From Yuukianura sp. NJ FZ-2021 (taxonomy: Eukaryota): 64,000 bases of DNA. A model generated the notes under the pieces. The model saw only the letters and a program-made list of their open reading frames with translations. It did no database searches and was not told the origin of the DNA. The number at the start of each line of letters is the position of its first letter. The first letter of the stretch is position 1. This document shows, piece after piece, positions 15,001 to 30,000 of this stretch. The DNA lies in NCBI GenBank assembly GCA_046563655.1, contig JAJCTO010000010.1, forward strand, positions 62,001 to 126,000, read 5' to 3'. The position numbers were made by a program, and so were the translations under genes.

Positions 15001-18000
15001 TTCGAAGTACCACAAATGCTTTTAAAGACCTGTCAAACACACAACACAAAACGGTGTCAGGGATAACGTTTTGAATGCTGCAATGTGGCACTTACAATAT
15101 ATCGCAATTCAGGCAGGCGAGAGCCCCATGATACATAAGTTTTTGGGTTCACAACTGCGATTAAAAAAACACGAGTTCTAGTTTGTATTGGAAATTTGCC
15201 ATATTTCACTGATTACATGGCATGACGTTGCTTCTTACATAAGACTGAAACAGCGGAAAAATCGACGCATTGATTCACTTTGAAGTACCACAAATGCTTT
15301 TAAAGACCTGTCAAATACACAACACAAAACGGTGTCAAGGATAACGTTTTGAATGCTGCATTAGGGCACTTACAATATATCGCAATCCAGGCAGGCGAGA
15401 GCCCCATGATACATAAGTTTTTGGGTTCACAACTGCGATTAAAAAAACACGAGTTCTAGTTTGTGTTGGAAATTTGCCATATTTCACTGATTACATAGCA
15501 TGACGTTGCTTCTTACATAAGACTGTAACTGCCGGAAAATCGACGCATTGATTCGCTTTCGAAGTACCACAAATGCTTTTAAAGACCTGTCAAACACACA
15601 ACACAAAACGGTGTCAGGGATAACGTTTTGAATGCTGCAATGTGGCACTTACAATATATCGCAATTCAGGCAGGCGAGAGCCCCATGATACATAAGTTTT
15701 TGGGTTCACAACTGCGATTAAAAAAACACGAGTTCTAGTTTGTATTGGAAATTTGCCATATTTCACTGATTACATAGCATGACGTTGCTTCTTACATAAG
15801 ACTGTAACTGCCGGAAAATCGACGCATTGATTCGCTTTCGAAGTACCACAAATGCTTTTAAAGACCTGTCAAACACACAACACAAAACGGTGTCAGGGAT
15901 AACGTTTTGAATGCTGCAATGTGGCACTTACAATATATCGCAATTCAGGCAGGCGAGAGCCCCATGATACATAAGTTTTTGGGTTCACAACTGCGATTAA
16001 AAAAACACGAGTTCTAGTTTGTGTTGGAAATTTGCCATATTTCACTGATTACATAGCATGACGTTGCTTCTTACATAAGACTGTAACTGCCGGAAAATCG
16101 ACGCATTGATTCGCTTTCGAAGTACCACAAATGCTTTTAAAGACCTGTCAAACACACAACACAAAACGGTGTCAGGGATAACGTTTTGAATGCTGCAATG
16201 TGGCACTTACAATATATCGCAATTCAGGCAGGCGAGAGCCCCATGATACATAAGTTTTTGGGTTCACAACTGCGATTAAAAAAACACGAGTTCTAGTTTG
16301 TGTTGGAAATTTGCCATATTTCACTGATTACATAGCATGACGTTGCTTCTTACATAAGACTGTAACTGCCGGAAAATCGACGCATTGATTCGCTTTCGAA
16401 GTACCACAAATGCTTTTAAAGACCTGTCAAACACACAACACAAAACGGTGTCAGGGATAACGTTTTGAATGCTGCAATGTGGCACTTACAATATATCGCA
16501 ATTCAGGCAGGCGAGAGCCCCATGATACATAAGTTTTTGGGTTCACAACTGCGATTAAAAAAACACGAGTTCTAGTTTGTGTTGGAAATTTGCCATATTT
16601 CACTGATTACATAGCATGACGTTGCTTCTTACATAAGACTGTAACTGCCGGAAAATCGACGCATTGATTCGCTTTCGAAGTACCACAAATGCTTTTAAAG
16701 ACCTGTCAAACACACAACACAAAACGGTGTCAGGGATAACGTTTTGAATGCTGCAATGTGGCACTTACAATATATCGCAATTCAGGCAGGCGAGAGCCCC
16801 ATGATACATAAGTTTTTGGGTTCACAACTGCGATTAAAAAAACACGAGTTCTAGTTTGTGTTGGAAATTTGCCATATTTCACTGATTACATGGCATGACG
16901 TTGGTTCTTACATAAAACTGAAACAGCACGAAAATCGACGCATTGATTCACTTTGAAGTACCACAAATGCTTTTAAAGACCTGTCAAAAACACAACACAA
17001 AACGGTGTCAAGGATAACGTTTTGAATGCTGCATTACGGCACTTACAATATATCGCAATCCAGGCAGGCGAGAGCCCAATGATATATAAGTTTTTGGGTT
17101 CACAACTGCGATTAAAAAAACACGAGTTCTAGTTTGTGTTGGAAATTTGCCATATTTCACTGATTACATAGCATGACGTTGCTTCTTACATAAGACTGTA
17201 ACTGCCGGAAAATCGACGCATTGATTCGCTTTCGAAGTACCACAAATGCTTTTAAAGACCTGTCAAACACACAACACAAAACGGTGTCAGGGATAACGTT
17301 TTGAATGCTGCAATGTGGCACTTACAATATATCGCAATTCAGGCAGGCGAGAGCCCCATGATACATAAGTTTTTGGGTTCACAACTGCGATTAAAAAAAC
17401 ACGAGTTCTAGTTTGTGTTGGAAATTTGCCATATTTCACTGATTACATAGCATGACGTTGCTTCTTACATAAGACTGTAACTGCCGGAAAATCGACGCAT
17501 TGATTCGCTTTCGAAGTACCACAAATGCTTTTAAAGACCTGTCAAACACACAACACAAAACGGTGTCAGGGATAACGTTTTGAATGCTGCAATGTGGCAC
17601 TTACAATATATCGCAATTCAGGCAGGCGAGAGCCCCATGATACATAAGTTTTTGGGTTCACAACTGCGATTAAAAAAACACGAGTTCTAGTTTGTATTGG
17701 AAATTTGCCATATTTCACTGATTACATAGCATGACGTTGCTTCTTACATAAGACTGTAACTGCCGGAAAATCGACGCATTGATTCGCTTTCGAAGTACCA
17801 CAAATGCTTTTAAAGACCTGTCAAACACACAACACAAAACGGTGTCAGGGATAACGTTTTGAATGCTGCAATGTGGCACTTACAATATATCGCAATTCAG
17901 GCAGGCGAGAGCCCCATGATACATAAGTTTTTGGGTTCACAACTGCGATTAAAAAAACACGAGTTCTAGTTTGTGTTGGAAATTTGCCATATTTCACTGA

Positions 18001-21000
18001 TTACATAGCATGACGTTGCTTCTTACATAAGACTGTAACTGCCGGAAAATCGACGCATTGATTCGCTTTCGAAGTACCACAAATGCTTTTAAAGACCTGT
18101 CAAACACACAACACCAAACGGTTTCAGGGATAACGTTTTGAATGCTGCAATGTGGCACTTACAATATATCGCAATTCAGGCAGGCGAGAGCCCCATGATA
18201 CATAAGTTTTTGGGTTCACAACTGCGATTAAAAAAACACGAGTTCTAGTTTGTGTTGGAAATTTGCCATATTTCACTGATTACATAGCATGACGTTGCTT
18301 CTTACATAAGACTGTAACTGCCGGAAAATCGACGCATTGATTCGCTTTCGAAGTACCACAAATGCTTTTAAAGACCTGTCAAACACACAACACAAAACGG
18401 TGTCAGGGATAACGTTTTGAATGCTGCAATGTGGCACTTACAATATATCGCAATTCAGGCAGGCGAGAGCCCCATGATACATAAGTTTTTGGGTTCACAA
18501 CTGCGATTAAAAAAACACGAGTTCTAGTTTGTGTTGGAAATTTGCCATATTTCACTGATTACATAGCATGACGTTGCTTCTTACATAAGACTGTAACTGC
18601 CGGAAAATCGACGCATTGATTCGCTTTCGAAGTACCACAAATGCTTTTAAAGACCTGTCAAACACACAACACAAAACGGTGTCAGGGATAACGTTTTGAA
18701 TGCTGCAATGTGGCACTTACAATATATCGCAATTCAGGCAGGCGAGAGCCCCATGATACATAAGTTTTTGGGTTCACAACTGCGATTAAAGAACACGAGT
18801 TCTAGTTTGTATTGGAAATTTGCCATATTTCACTGATTACATAGCATGACGTTGCTTCTTACATAAGACTGTAACTGCCGGAAAATCGACGCATTGATTC
18901 GCTTTCGAAGTACCACAAATGCTTTTAAAGACCTGTCAAACACACAACACAAAACGGTGTCAGGGATAACGTTTTGAATGCTGCAATGTGGCACTTACAA
19001 TATATCGCAATTCAGGCAGGCGAGAGCCCCATGATACATAAGTTTTTGGGTTCACAACTGCGATTAAAAAAACACGAGTTCTAGTTTGTGTTGGAAATTT
19101 GCCATATTTCACTGATTACATAGCATGACGTTGCTTCTTACATAAGACTGTAACTGCCGGAAAATCGACGCATTGATTCGCTTTCGAAGTACCACAAATG
19201 CTTTTAAAGACCTATCACACACACAACACCAAACGGTGTCAGGGATAACGTTTTGAATGCTGCAATGTGGCACTTACAATATATCGCAATTCAGGCAGGC
19301 GAGAGCCCCATGATACATAAGTTTTTGGGTTCACAACTGCGATTAAAAAAACACGAGCTCTAGTTTGTGTTGGAAATTTGAAATATTTCACGGATTACAT
19401 GACATGACGTTGCTTCTTACATAAGACTGAAACAGCACGAAAATCGACGCATTGATTCACTTTGAAGTACCACAAATGCTTTTAAAGACCTGTCAAACAC
19501 ACAACACCAAACGGTTTCAGGGATAACGTTTGAATGCTGCAATGTGGCACTTACAATATATCGCAATTCAGGCAGGCGAGAGCCCCATGATACATAAGTT
19601 TTTGGGTTCACAACTGCGATTAAAAAAACACGAGTTCTAGTTTGTATTGGAAATTTGCCATATTTCACTGATTACATAGCATGACGTTGCTTCTTACATA
19701 AGACTGTAACTGCCGGAAAATCGACGCATTGATTCGCTTTCGAAGTACCACAAATGCTTTTAAAGACCTGTCAAACACACAACACAAAACGGTGTCAGGG
19801 ATAACGTTTTGAATGCTGCAATGTGGCACTTACAATATATCGCAATTCAGGCAGGCGAGAGCCCCATGATACATAAGTTTTTGGGTTCACAACTGCGATT
19901 AAAAAAACACGAGTTCTAGTTTGTGTTGGAAATTTGCCATATTTCACTGATTACATAGCATGACGTTGCTTCTTACATAAGACTGTAACTGCCGGAAAAT
20001 CGACGCATTGATTCGCTTTCGAAGTACCACAAATGCTTTTAAAGACCTGTCAAACACACAACACAAAACGGTGTCAGGGATAACGTTTTGAATGCTGCAA
20101 TGTGGCACTTACAATATATCGCAATTCAGGCAGGCGAGAGCCCCATGATACATAAGTTTTTGGGTTCACAACTGCGATTAAAAAAACACGAGTTCTAGTT
20201 TGTGTTGGAAATTTGCCATATTTCACTGATTACATAGCATGACGTTGCTTCTTACATAAGACTGTAACTGCCGGAAAATCGACGCATTGATTCGCTTTCG
20301 AAGTACCACAAATGCTTTTAAAGACCTGTCAAACACACAACACAAAACGGTGTCAGGGATAACGTTTTGAATGCTGCAATGTGGCACTTACAATATATCG
20401 CAATTCAGGCAGGCGAGAGCCCCATGATACATAAGTTTTTGGGTTCACAACTGCGATTAAAAAACACGAGTTCTAGTTTGTGTTGGAAATTTGCCATATT
20501 TCACTGATTACATAGCATGACGTTGCTTCTTACATAAGACTGTAACTGCCGGAAAATCGACGCATTGATTCGCTTTCGAAGTACCACAAATGCTTTTAAA
20601 GACCTGTCAAACACACAACACAAAACGGTGTCAGGGATAACGTTTTGAATGCTGCAATGTGGCACTTACAATATATCGCAATTCAGGCAGGCGAGAGCCC
20701 CATGATACATAAGTTTTTGGGTTCACAACTGCGATTAAAAAACACGAGTTCTAGTTTGTGTTGGAAATTTGCCATATTTCACTGATTACATAGCATGACG
20801 TTGCTTCTTACATAAGACTGTAACTGCCGGAAAATCGACGCATTGATTCGCTTTCGAAGTACCACAAATGCTTTTAAAGACCTGTCAAACACACAACACA
20901 AAACGGTGTCAGGGATAACGTTTTGAATGCTGCAATGTGGCACTTACAATATATCGCAATTCAGGCAGGCGAGAGCCCCATGATACATAAGTTTTTGGGT

Positions 21001-24000
21001 TCACAACTGCGATTAAAAAAACACGAGTTCTAGTTTGTATTGGAAATTTGCCATATTTCACTGATTACATAGCATGACGTTGCTTCTTACATAAGACTGT
21101 AACTGCCGGAAAATCGACGCATTGATTCGCTTTCGAAGTACCACAAATGCTTTTAAAGACCTGTCAAACACACAACACAAAACGGTGTCAGGGATAACGT
21201 TTTGAATGCTGCAATGTGGCACTTACAATATATCGCAATTCAGGCAGGCGAGAGCCCCATGATACATAAGTTTTTGGGTTCACAACTGCGATTAAAAAAA
21301 CACGAGTTCTAGTTTGTGTTGGAAATTTGCCATATTTCACTGATTACATAGCATGACGTTGCTTCTTACATAAGACTGTAACTGCCGGAAAATCGACGCA
21401 TTGATTCGCTTTCGAAGTACCACAAATGCTTTTAAAGACCTGTCAAACACACAACACAAAACGGTGTCAGGGATAACGTTTTGAATGCTGCAATGTGGCA
21501 CTTACAATATATCGCAATTCAGGCAGGCGAGAGCCCCATGATACATAAGTTTTTGGGTTCACAACTGCGATTAAAAAAACACGAGTTCTAGTTTGTGTTG
21601 GAAATTTGCCATATTTCACTGATTACATAGCATGACGTTGCTTCTTACATAAGACTGTAACTGCCGGAAAATCGACGCATTGAGTCACTTTCGAAGTACC
21701 ACAAATGCTTTTAAAGACCTGTCAAACACACAACACCAAACGGTTTCAGGGATAACGTTTTGAATGCTGCAATGTGGCACTTACAATACATCGCAATTCA
21801 GGCAGGCGAGAGCCCCATGATACATAAGTTTTTGGGTTCACAACTGCGATTAAGAAAAGATAAGTTCTAGTTTGTGTTGGAAATTTGCCATATTTCACTG
21901 ATTACATAGCATGACGTTGCTTCTTACATAAGACTGTAACTGCCGGAAAATCGACGCATTGATTCGCTTTCGAAGTACCACAAATGCTTTTAAAGACCTG
22001 TCAAACACACAACACAAAACGGTGTCAGGGATAACGTTTTGAATGCTGCAATGTGGCACTTACAATATATCGCAATTCAGGCAGGCGAGAGCCCCATGAT
22101 ACATAAGTTTTTGGGTTCACAACTGCGATTAAAGAACACGAGTTCTAGTTTGTATTGGAAATTTGCCATATTTCACTGATTACATAGCATGACGTTGCTT
22201 CTTACATAAGACTGTAACTGCCGGAAAATCGACGCATTGATTCGCTTTCGAAGTACCACAAATGCTTTTAAAGACCTGTCAAACACACAACACAAAACGG
22301 TGTCAGGGATAACGTTTTGAATGCTGCAATGTGGCACTTACAATATATCGCAATTCAGGCAGGCGAGAGCCCCATGATACATAAGTTTTTGGGTTCACAA
22401 CTGCGATTAAAAAAACACGAGTTCTAGTTTGTGTTGGAAATTTGCCATATTTCACTGATTACATAGCATGACGTTGCTTCTTACATAAGACTGTAACTGC
22501 CGGAAAATCGACGCATTGATTCGCTTTCGAAGTACCACAAATGCTTTTAAAGACCTGTCAAACACACAACACAAAACGGTGTCAGGGATAACGTTTTGAA
22601 TGCTGCAATGTGGCACTTACAATATATCGCAATTCAGGCAGGCGAGAGCCCCATGATACATAAGTTTTTGGGTTCACAACTGCAATAAAAAAACACGAGC
22701 TCTAGTTTGTGTTGGAAATTTGAAATATTTCACGGATTACATGGCATGACGTTGCTTCTTACATAAGACTGAAACAGCGGAAAAATCGACGCATTGATTC
22801 ACTTTGAAGTACCACAAATGCTTTTAAAGACCTGCAAAATACACAACACCAAACGGTTTCACGGATAACGTTTGAATGCTGCAATGTGGCACTTACAATA
22901 TATCGCAATTCAGGCAGGCGAGAGCCCCATGATACATAAGTTTTTGGGTTCACAACTGCGATTAAAAAACACGAGTTCTAGTTTGTATTGGAAATTTGCC
23001 ATATTTCACTGATTACATAGCATGACGTTGCTTCTTACATAAGACTGTAACTGCCGGAAAATCGACGCATTGATTCGCTTTCGAAGTACCACAAATGCTT
23101 TTAAAGACCTGTCAAACACACAACACAAAACGGTGTCAGGGATAACGTTTTGAATGCTGCAATGTGGCACTTACAATATATCGCAATTCAGGCAGGCGAG
23201 AGCCCCATGATACATAAGTTTTTGGGTTCACAACTGCGATTAAAAAAACACGAGTTCTAGTTTGTGTTGGAAATTTGCCATATTTCACTGATTACATAGC
23301 ATGGCGTTGCGTCTTACATAAGACTGAAACAGCACGAAAATCGACGCATTGATTCACTTTCGAAGTACCACAAATGCTTTTAAAGACCTGTCAAACACAC
23401 AACACCAAACGGTTTCAGGGATAACGTTTGAATGCTGCAATGTGGCACTTACAATATATCGCAATTCAGGCAGGCGAGAGCCCCATGATACATAAGTTTT
23501 TGGGTTCACAACTGCGATTAAAAAACACGAGTTCTAGTTTGTGTTGGAAATTTGCCATATTTCACTGATTACATAGCATGACGTTGCTTCTTACATAAGA
23601 CTGTAACTGCCGGAAAATCGACGCATTGATTCGCTTTCGAAGTACCACAAATGCTTTTAAAGACCTGTCAAACACACAACACAAAACGGTGTCAGGGATA
23701 ACGTTTTGAATGCTGCAATGTGGCACTTACAATATATCGCAATTCAGGCAGGCGAGAGCCCCATGATACATAAGTTTTTGGGTTCACAACTGCGATTAAA
23801 AAACACGAGTTCTAGTTTGTGTTGGAAATTTGCCATATTTCACTGATTACATAGCATGACGTTGCTTCTTACATAAGACTGTAACTGCCGGAAAATCGAC
23901 GCATTGATTCGCTTTCGAAGTACCACAAATGCTTTTAAAGACCTGTCAAACACACAACACAAAACGGTGTCAGGGATAACGTTTTGAATGCTGCAATGTG

Positions 24001-27000
24001 GCACTTACAATATATCGCAATTCAGGCAGGCGAGAGCCCCATGATACATAAGTTTTTGGGTTCACAACTGCGATTAAAAAACACGAGTTCTAGTTTGTGT
24101 TGGAAATTTGCCATATTTCACTGATTACATAGCATGACGTTGCTTCTTACATAAGACTGTAACTGCCGGAAAATCGACGCATTGATTCGCTTTCGAAGTA
24201 CCACAAATGCTTTTAAAGACCTGTCAAACACACAACACAAAACGGTGTCAGGGATAACGTTTTGAATGCTGCAATGTGGCACTTACAATATATCGCAATT
24301 CAGGCAGGCGAGAGCCCCATGATACATAAGTTTTTGGGTTCACAACTGCGATTAAAAAAACACGAGTTCTAGTTTGTATTGGAAATTTGCCATATTTCAC
24401 TGATTACATAGCATGACGTTGCTTCTTACATAAGACTGTAACTGCCGGAAAATCGACGCATTGATTCGCTTTCGAAGTACCACAAATGCTTTTAAAGACC
24501 TGTCAAACACACAACACAAAACGGTGTCAGGGATAACGTTTTGAATGCTGCAATGTGGCACTTACAATATATCGCAATTCAGGCAGGCGAGAGCCCCATG
24601 ATACATAAGTTTTTGGGTTCACAACTGCGATTAAAAAAAAACACGAGTTCTAGTTTGTGTTGGAAATTTGCATTATTTCACGGATTACATAGCATGACGT
24701 TGCTTCTTACATAAGACTGTAACTGCCGGAAAATCGACGCATTGATTCGCTTTCGGAGCACCACAAATGCTTTTAAAGACCTGTCAAACACACAACACAA
24801 AACGGTGTCAGGGATAACGTTTTGAATGCTGCAATATGGCACTTACAATATATCGCAATTCAGGCAGGCGAGAGCCCCATGATACATAAGTTTTTGGGTT
24901 CACAACTGCAATCAAAAAAACACGAGCTCTAGATTGTGTTGGAAATTTGAAATATTTCACGGATTACATGGCATGACGTTGGTTCTTACATAAAACTGAA
25001 ACAGCACGAAAATCGACGCATTGATTCACTTTGAAGTACCACAAATGCTTTTAAAGACCTGTCAAAAACACAACACCAAACGGTGTCAAGGATAACGTTT
25101 TGAATGCTGCAATATGGCACTTACAATATATCGCAATTCAGGCAGGCGAGAGCCCCATGATACATAAGTTTTTGGGTTCACAACTGCGATTAAAAAACAC
25201 GAGTTCTAGTTTGTATTGGAAATTTGCCATATTTCACTGATTACATAGCATGACGTTGCTTCTTACATAAGACTGTAACTGCCGGAAAATCGACGCATTG
25301 ATTCGCTTTCGAAGTACCACAAATGCTTTTAAAGACCTGTCAAACACACAACACAAAACGGTGTCAGGGATAACGTTTTGAATGCTGCAATGTGGCACTT
25401 ACAATATATCGCAATTCAGGCAGGCGAGAGCCCCATGATACATAAGTTTTTGGGTTCACAACTGCGATTAAAAAAACACGAGTTCTAGTTTGTATTGGAA
25501 ATTTGCCATATTTCACTGATTACATAGCATGACGTTGCTTCTTACATAAGACTGTAACTGCCGGAAAATCGACGCATTGATTCGCTTTCGAAGTACCACA
25601 AATGCTTTTAAAGACCTGTCAAACACACAACACAAAACGGTGTCAGGGATAACGTTTTGAATGCTGCAATGTGGCACTTACAATATATCGCAATTCAGGC
25701 AGGCGAGAGCCCCATGATACATAAGTTTTTGGGTTCACAACTGCGATTAAAAAAACACGAGTTCTAGTTTGTATTGGAAATTTGCCATATTTCACTGATT
25801 ACATAGCATGACGTTGCTTCTTACATAAGACTGTAACTGCCGGAAAATCGACGCATTGATTCGCTTTCGAAGTACCACAAATGCTTTTAAAGACCTGTCA
25901 AACACACAACACAAAACGGTGTCAGGGATAACGTTTTGAATGCTGCAATGTGGCACTTACAATATATCGCAATTCAGGCAGGCGAGAGCCCCATGATACA
26001 TAAGTTTTTGGGTTCACAACTGCGATTAAAAAAACACGAGTTCTAGTTTGTGTTGGAAATTTGCCATATTTCACTGATTACATAGCATGACGTTGCTTCT
26101 TACATAAGACTGTAACTGCCGGAAAATCGACGCATTGATTCGCTTTCGAAGTACCACAAATGCTTTTAAAGACCTGTCAAACACACAACACAAAACGGTG
26201 TCAGGGATAACGTTTTGAATGCTGCAATGTGGCACTTACAATATATCGCAATTCAGGCAGGCGAGAGCCCCATGATACATAAGTTTTTGGGTTCACAACT
26301 GCGATTAAAAAAACACGAGTTCTAGTTTGTATTGGAAATTTGCCATATTTCACTGATTACATAGCATGACGTTGCTTCTTACATAAGACTGTAACTGCCG
26401 GAAAATCGACGCATTGATTCGCTTTCGAAGTACCACAAATGCTTTTAAAGACCTGTCAAACACACAACACAAAACGGTGTCAGGGATAACGTTTTGAATG
26501 CTGCAATGTGGCACTTACAATATATCGCAATTCAGGCAGGCGAGAGCCCCATGATACATAAGTTTTTGGGTTCACAACTGCGATTAAAAAACACGAGTTC
26601 TAGTTTGTGTTGGAAATTTGCCATATTTCACTGATTACATGGCATGACGTTGCTTCTTACATAAGACTGAAACAGCGGAAAAATCGACGCATTGATTCAC
26701 TTTGAAGTACCACAAATGCTTTTAAAGACCTGTCAAACACACAACACCAAACGGTTTCAGGGATAACGTTTGAATGCTGCAATGTGGCACTTACAATATA
26801 TCGCAATTCAGGCAGGCGAGAGCCCCATGATACATAAGTTTTTGGGTTCACAACTGCGATTAAAAAAACACGAGTTCTAGTTTGTATTGGAAATTTGCCA
26901 TATTTCACTGATTACATAGCATGACGTTGCTTCTTACATAAGACTGTAACTGCCGGAAAATCGACGCATTGATTCGCTTTCGAAGTACCACAAATGCTTT

Positions 27001-30000
27001 TAAAGACCTGTCAAACACACAACACAAAACGGTGTCAGGGATAACGTTTTGAATGCTGCAATGTGGCACTTACAATATATCGCAATTCAGGCAGGCGAGA
27101 GCCCCATGATACATAAGTTTTTGGGTTCACAACTGCGATTAAAAAAACACGAGTTCTAGTTTGTATTGGAAATTTGCCATATTTCACTGATTACATAGCA
27201 TGACGTTGCTTCTTACATAAGACTGTAACTGCCGGAAAATCGACGCATTGATTCGCTTTCGAAGTACCACAAATGCTTTTAAAGACCTGTCAAACACACA
27301 ACACAAAACGGTGTCAGGGATAACGTTTTGAATGCTGCAATGTGGCACTTACAATATATCGCAATTCAGGCAGGCGAGAGCCCCATGATACATAAGTTTT
27401 TGGGTTCACAACTGCGATTAAAAAAACACGAGTTCTAGTTTGTATTGGAAATTTGCCATATTTCACTGATTACATAGCATGACGTTGCTTCTTACATAAG
27501 ACTGTAACTGCCGGAAAATCGACGCATTGATTCGCTTTCGAAGTACCACAAATGCTTTTAAAGACCTGTCAAACACACAACACAAAACGGTGTCAGGGAT
27601 AACGTTTTGAATGCTGCAATGTGGCACTTACAATATATCGCAATTCAGGCAGGCGAGAGCCCCATGATACATAAGTTTTTGGGTTCACAACTGCAATCAA
27701 AAAAACACGAGCTCTAGTTTGTGTTGGAAATTTGAAATATTTCACGGATTACATGGCATGACGTTGCTTCTTACATAAGACTGAAACAGCGGAAAAATCG
27801 ACGCATTGATTCGCTTTGAAGTACCACAAATGCTTTTAAAGACCTGCAAAATACACAACACCAAACGGTTTCACGGATAACGTTTTGAATGCTGCATTAC
27901 GGCACTTACAATATATCGCAATCCAGGCAGGCGAGAGCCCCATGATACATAAGTTTTTGGGTTCACAACTGCGATTAAAAAAACACGAGTTCTAGTTTGT
28001 GTTGGAAATTTGCCATATTTCACTGATTACATAGCATGACGTTGCTTCTTACATAAGACTGTAACTGCCGGAAAATCGACGCATTGATTCGCTTTCGAAG
28101 TACCACAAATGCTTTTAAAGACCTGTCAAACACACAACACAAAACGGTGTCAGGGATAACGTTTTGAATGCTGCAATGTGGCACTTACAATATATCGCAA
28201 TTCAGGCAGGCGAGAGCCCCATGATACATAAGTTTTTGGGTTCACAACTGCGATTAAAAAAACACGAGTTCTAGTTTGTATTGGAAATTTGCCATATTTC
28301 ACTGATTACATAGCATGACGTTGCTTCTTACATAAGACTGTAACTGCCGGAAAATCGACGCATTGATTCGCTTTCGAAGTACCACAAATGCTTTTAAAGA
28401 CCTGTCAAACACACAACACAAAACGGTGTCAGGGATAACGTTTTGAATGCTGCAATGTGGCACTTACAATATATCGCAATTCAGGCAGGCGAGAGCCCCA
28501 TGATACATAAGTTTTTGGGTTCACAACTGCGATTAAAAAAACACGAGTTCTAGTTTGTATTGGAAATTTGCCATATTTCACTGATTACATAGCATGACGT
28601 TGCTTCTTACATAAGACTGTAACTGCCGGAAAATCGACGCATTGATTCGCTTTCGAAGTACCACAAATGCTTTTAAAGACCTGTCAAACACACAACACAA
28701 AACGGTGTCAGGGATAACGTTTTGAATGCTGCAATGTGGCACTTACAATATATCGCAATTCAGGCAGGCGAGAGCCCCATGATACATAAGTTTTTGGGTT
28801 CACAACTGCGATTAAAAAAACACGAGTTCTAGTTTGTGTTGGAAATTTGCAATATTTGACTGATTACATGACATGACGTTGCTTCTTACAAAAGACTGAA
28901 ACAGCACGAAAATCGACGCATTGATTCACTTTGAAGTACCACAAATGCTTTTAAAGACCTGTCAAATACACAACACCAAACGGTTTCACGGATAACGTTT
29001 TGAATGCTGCAATATGGCACTTACAATATATCGCAATCCAGGCAGGCGAGAGCCCAATGATATATAAGTTTTTGGGTTCACAACTGCAATCAAAAAAACA
29101 CGAGCTCTAGATTGTGTTGGAAATTTGAAATATTTCACGGATTACATGGCATGACGTTGGTTCTTACATAAAACTGAAACAGCACGAAAATCGACGCATT
29201 GATTCACTTTGAAGTACCACAAATGCTTTTAAAGACCTGTAAAATACACAACACCAAACGGTTTCACGGATAACGTTTTGAATGCTGCAATGTGGCACTT
29301 ACAATATATCGCAATTCAGGCAGGCGAGAGCCCCATGATACATAAGTTTTTGGGTTCACAACTGCGATTAAAAAAACACGAGTTCTAGTTTGTATTGGAA
29401 ATTTGCCATATTTCACTGATTACATAGCATGACGTTGCTTCTTACATAAGACTGTAACTGCCGGAAAATCGACGCATTGATTCGCTTTCGAAGTACCACA
29501 AATGCTTTTAAAGACCTGTCAAACACACAACACAAAACGGTGTCAGGGATAACGTTTTGAATGCTGCAATGTGGCACTTACAATATATCGCAATTCAGGC
29601 AGGCGAGAGCCCCATGATACATAAGTTTTTGGGTTCACAACTGCAATCAAAAAAACACGAGCTCTAGATTGTGTTGGAAATTTGAAATATTTCACGGATT
29701 ACATGGCATGACGTTGGTTCTTACATAAAACTGAAACAGCACGAAAATCGACGCATTGATTCACTTTGAAGTACCACAAATGCTTTTAAAGACCTGTCAA
29801 ATACACAACACAAAACGGTTTCACGGATAACGTTTTGAATGCTGCAATGTGGCACTTACAATATATCGCAATTCAGGCAGGCGAGAGCCCCATGATACAT
29901 AAGTTTTTGGGTTCACAACTGCGATTAAAAAAACACGAGTTCTAGTTTGTATTGGAAATTTGCCATATTTCACTGATTACATAGCATGACGTTGCTTCTT

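Noticed and set aside
14100..17100. Possible 10-monomer HOR (identical variant monomer at about 14103 and 16891)
   Set aside because: The divergent monomer at about 15220 is not repeated at about 18010, so this is at most a short local duplication.
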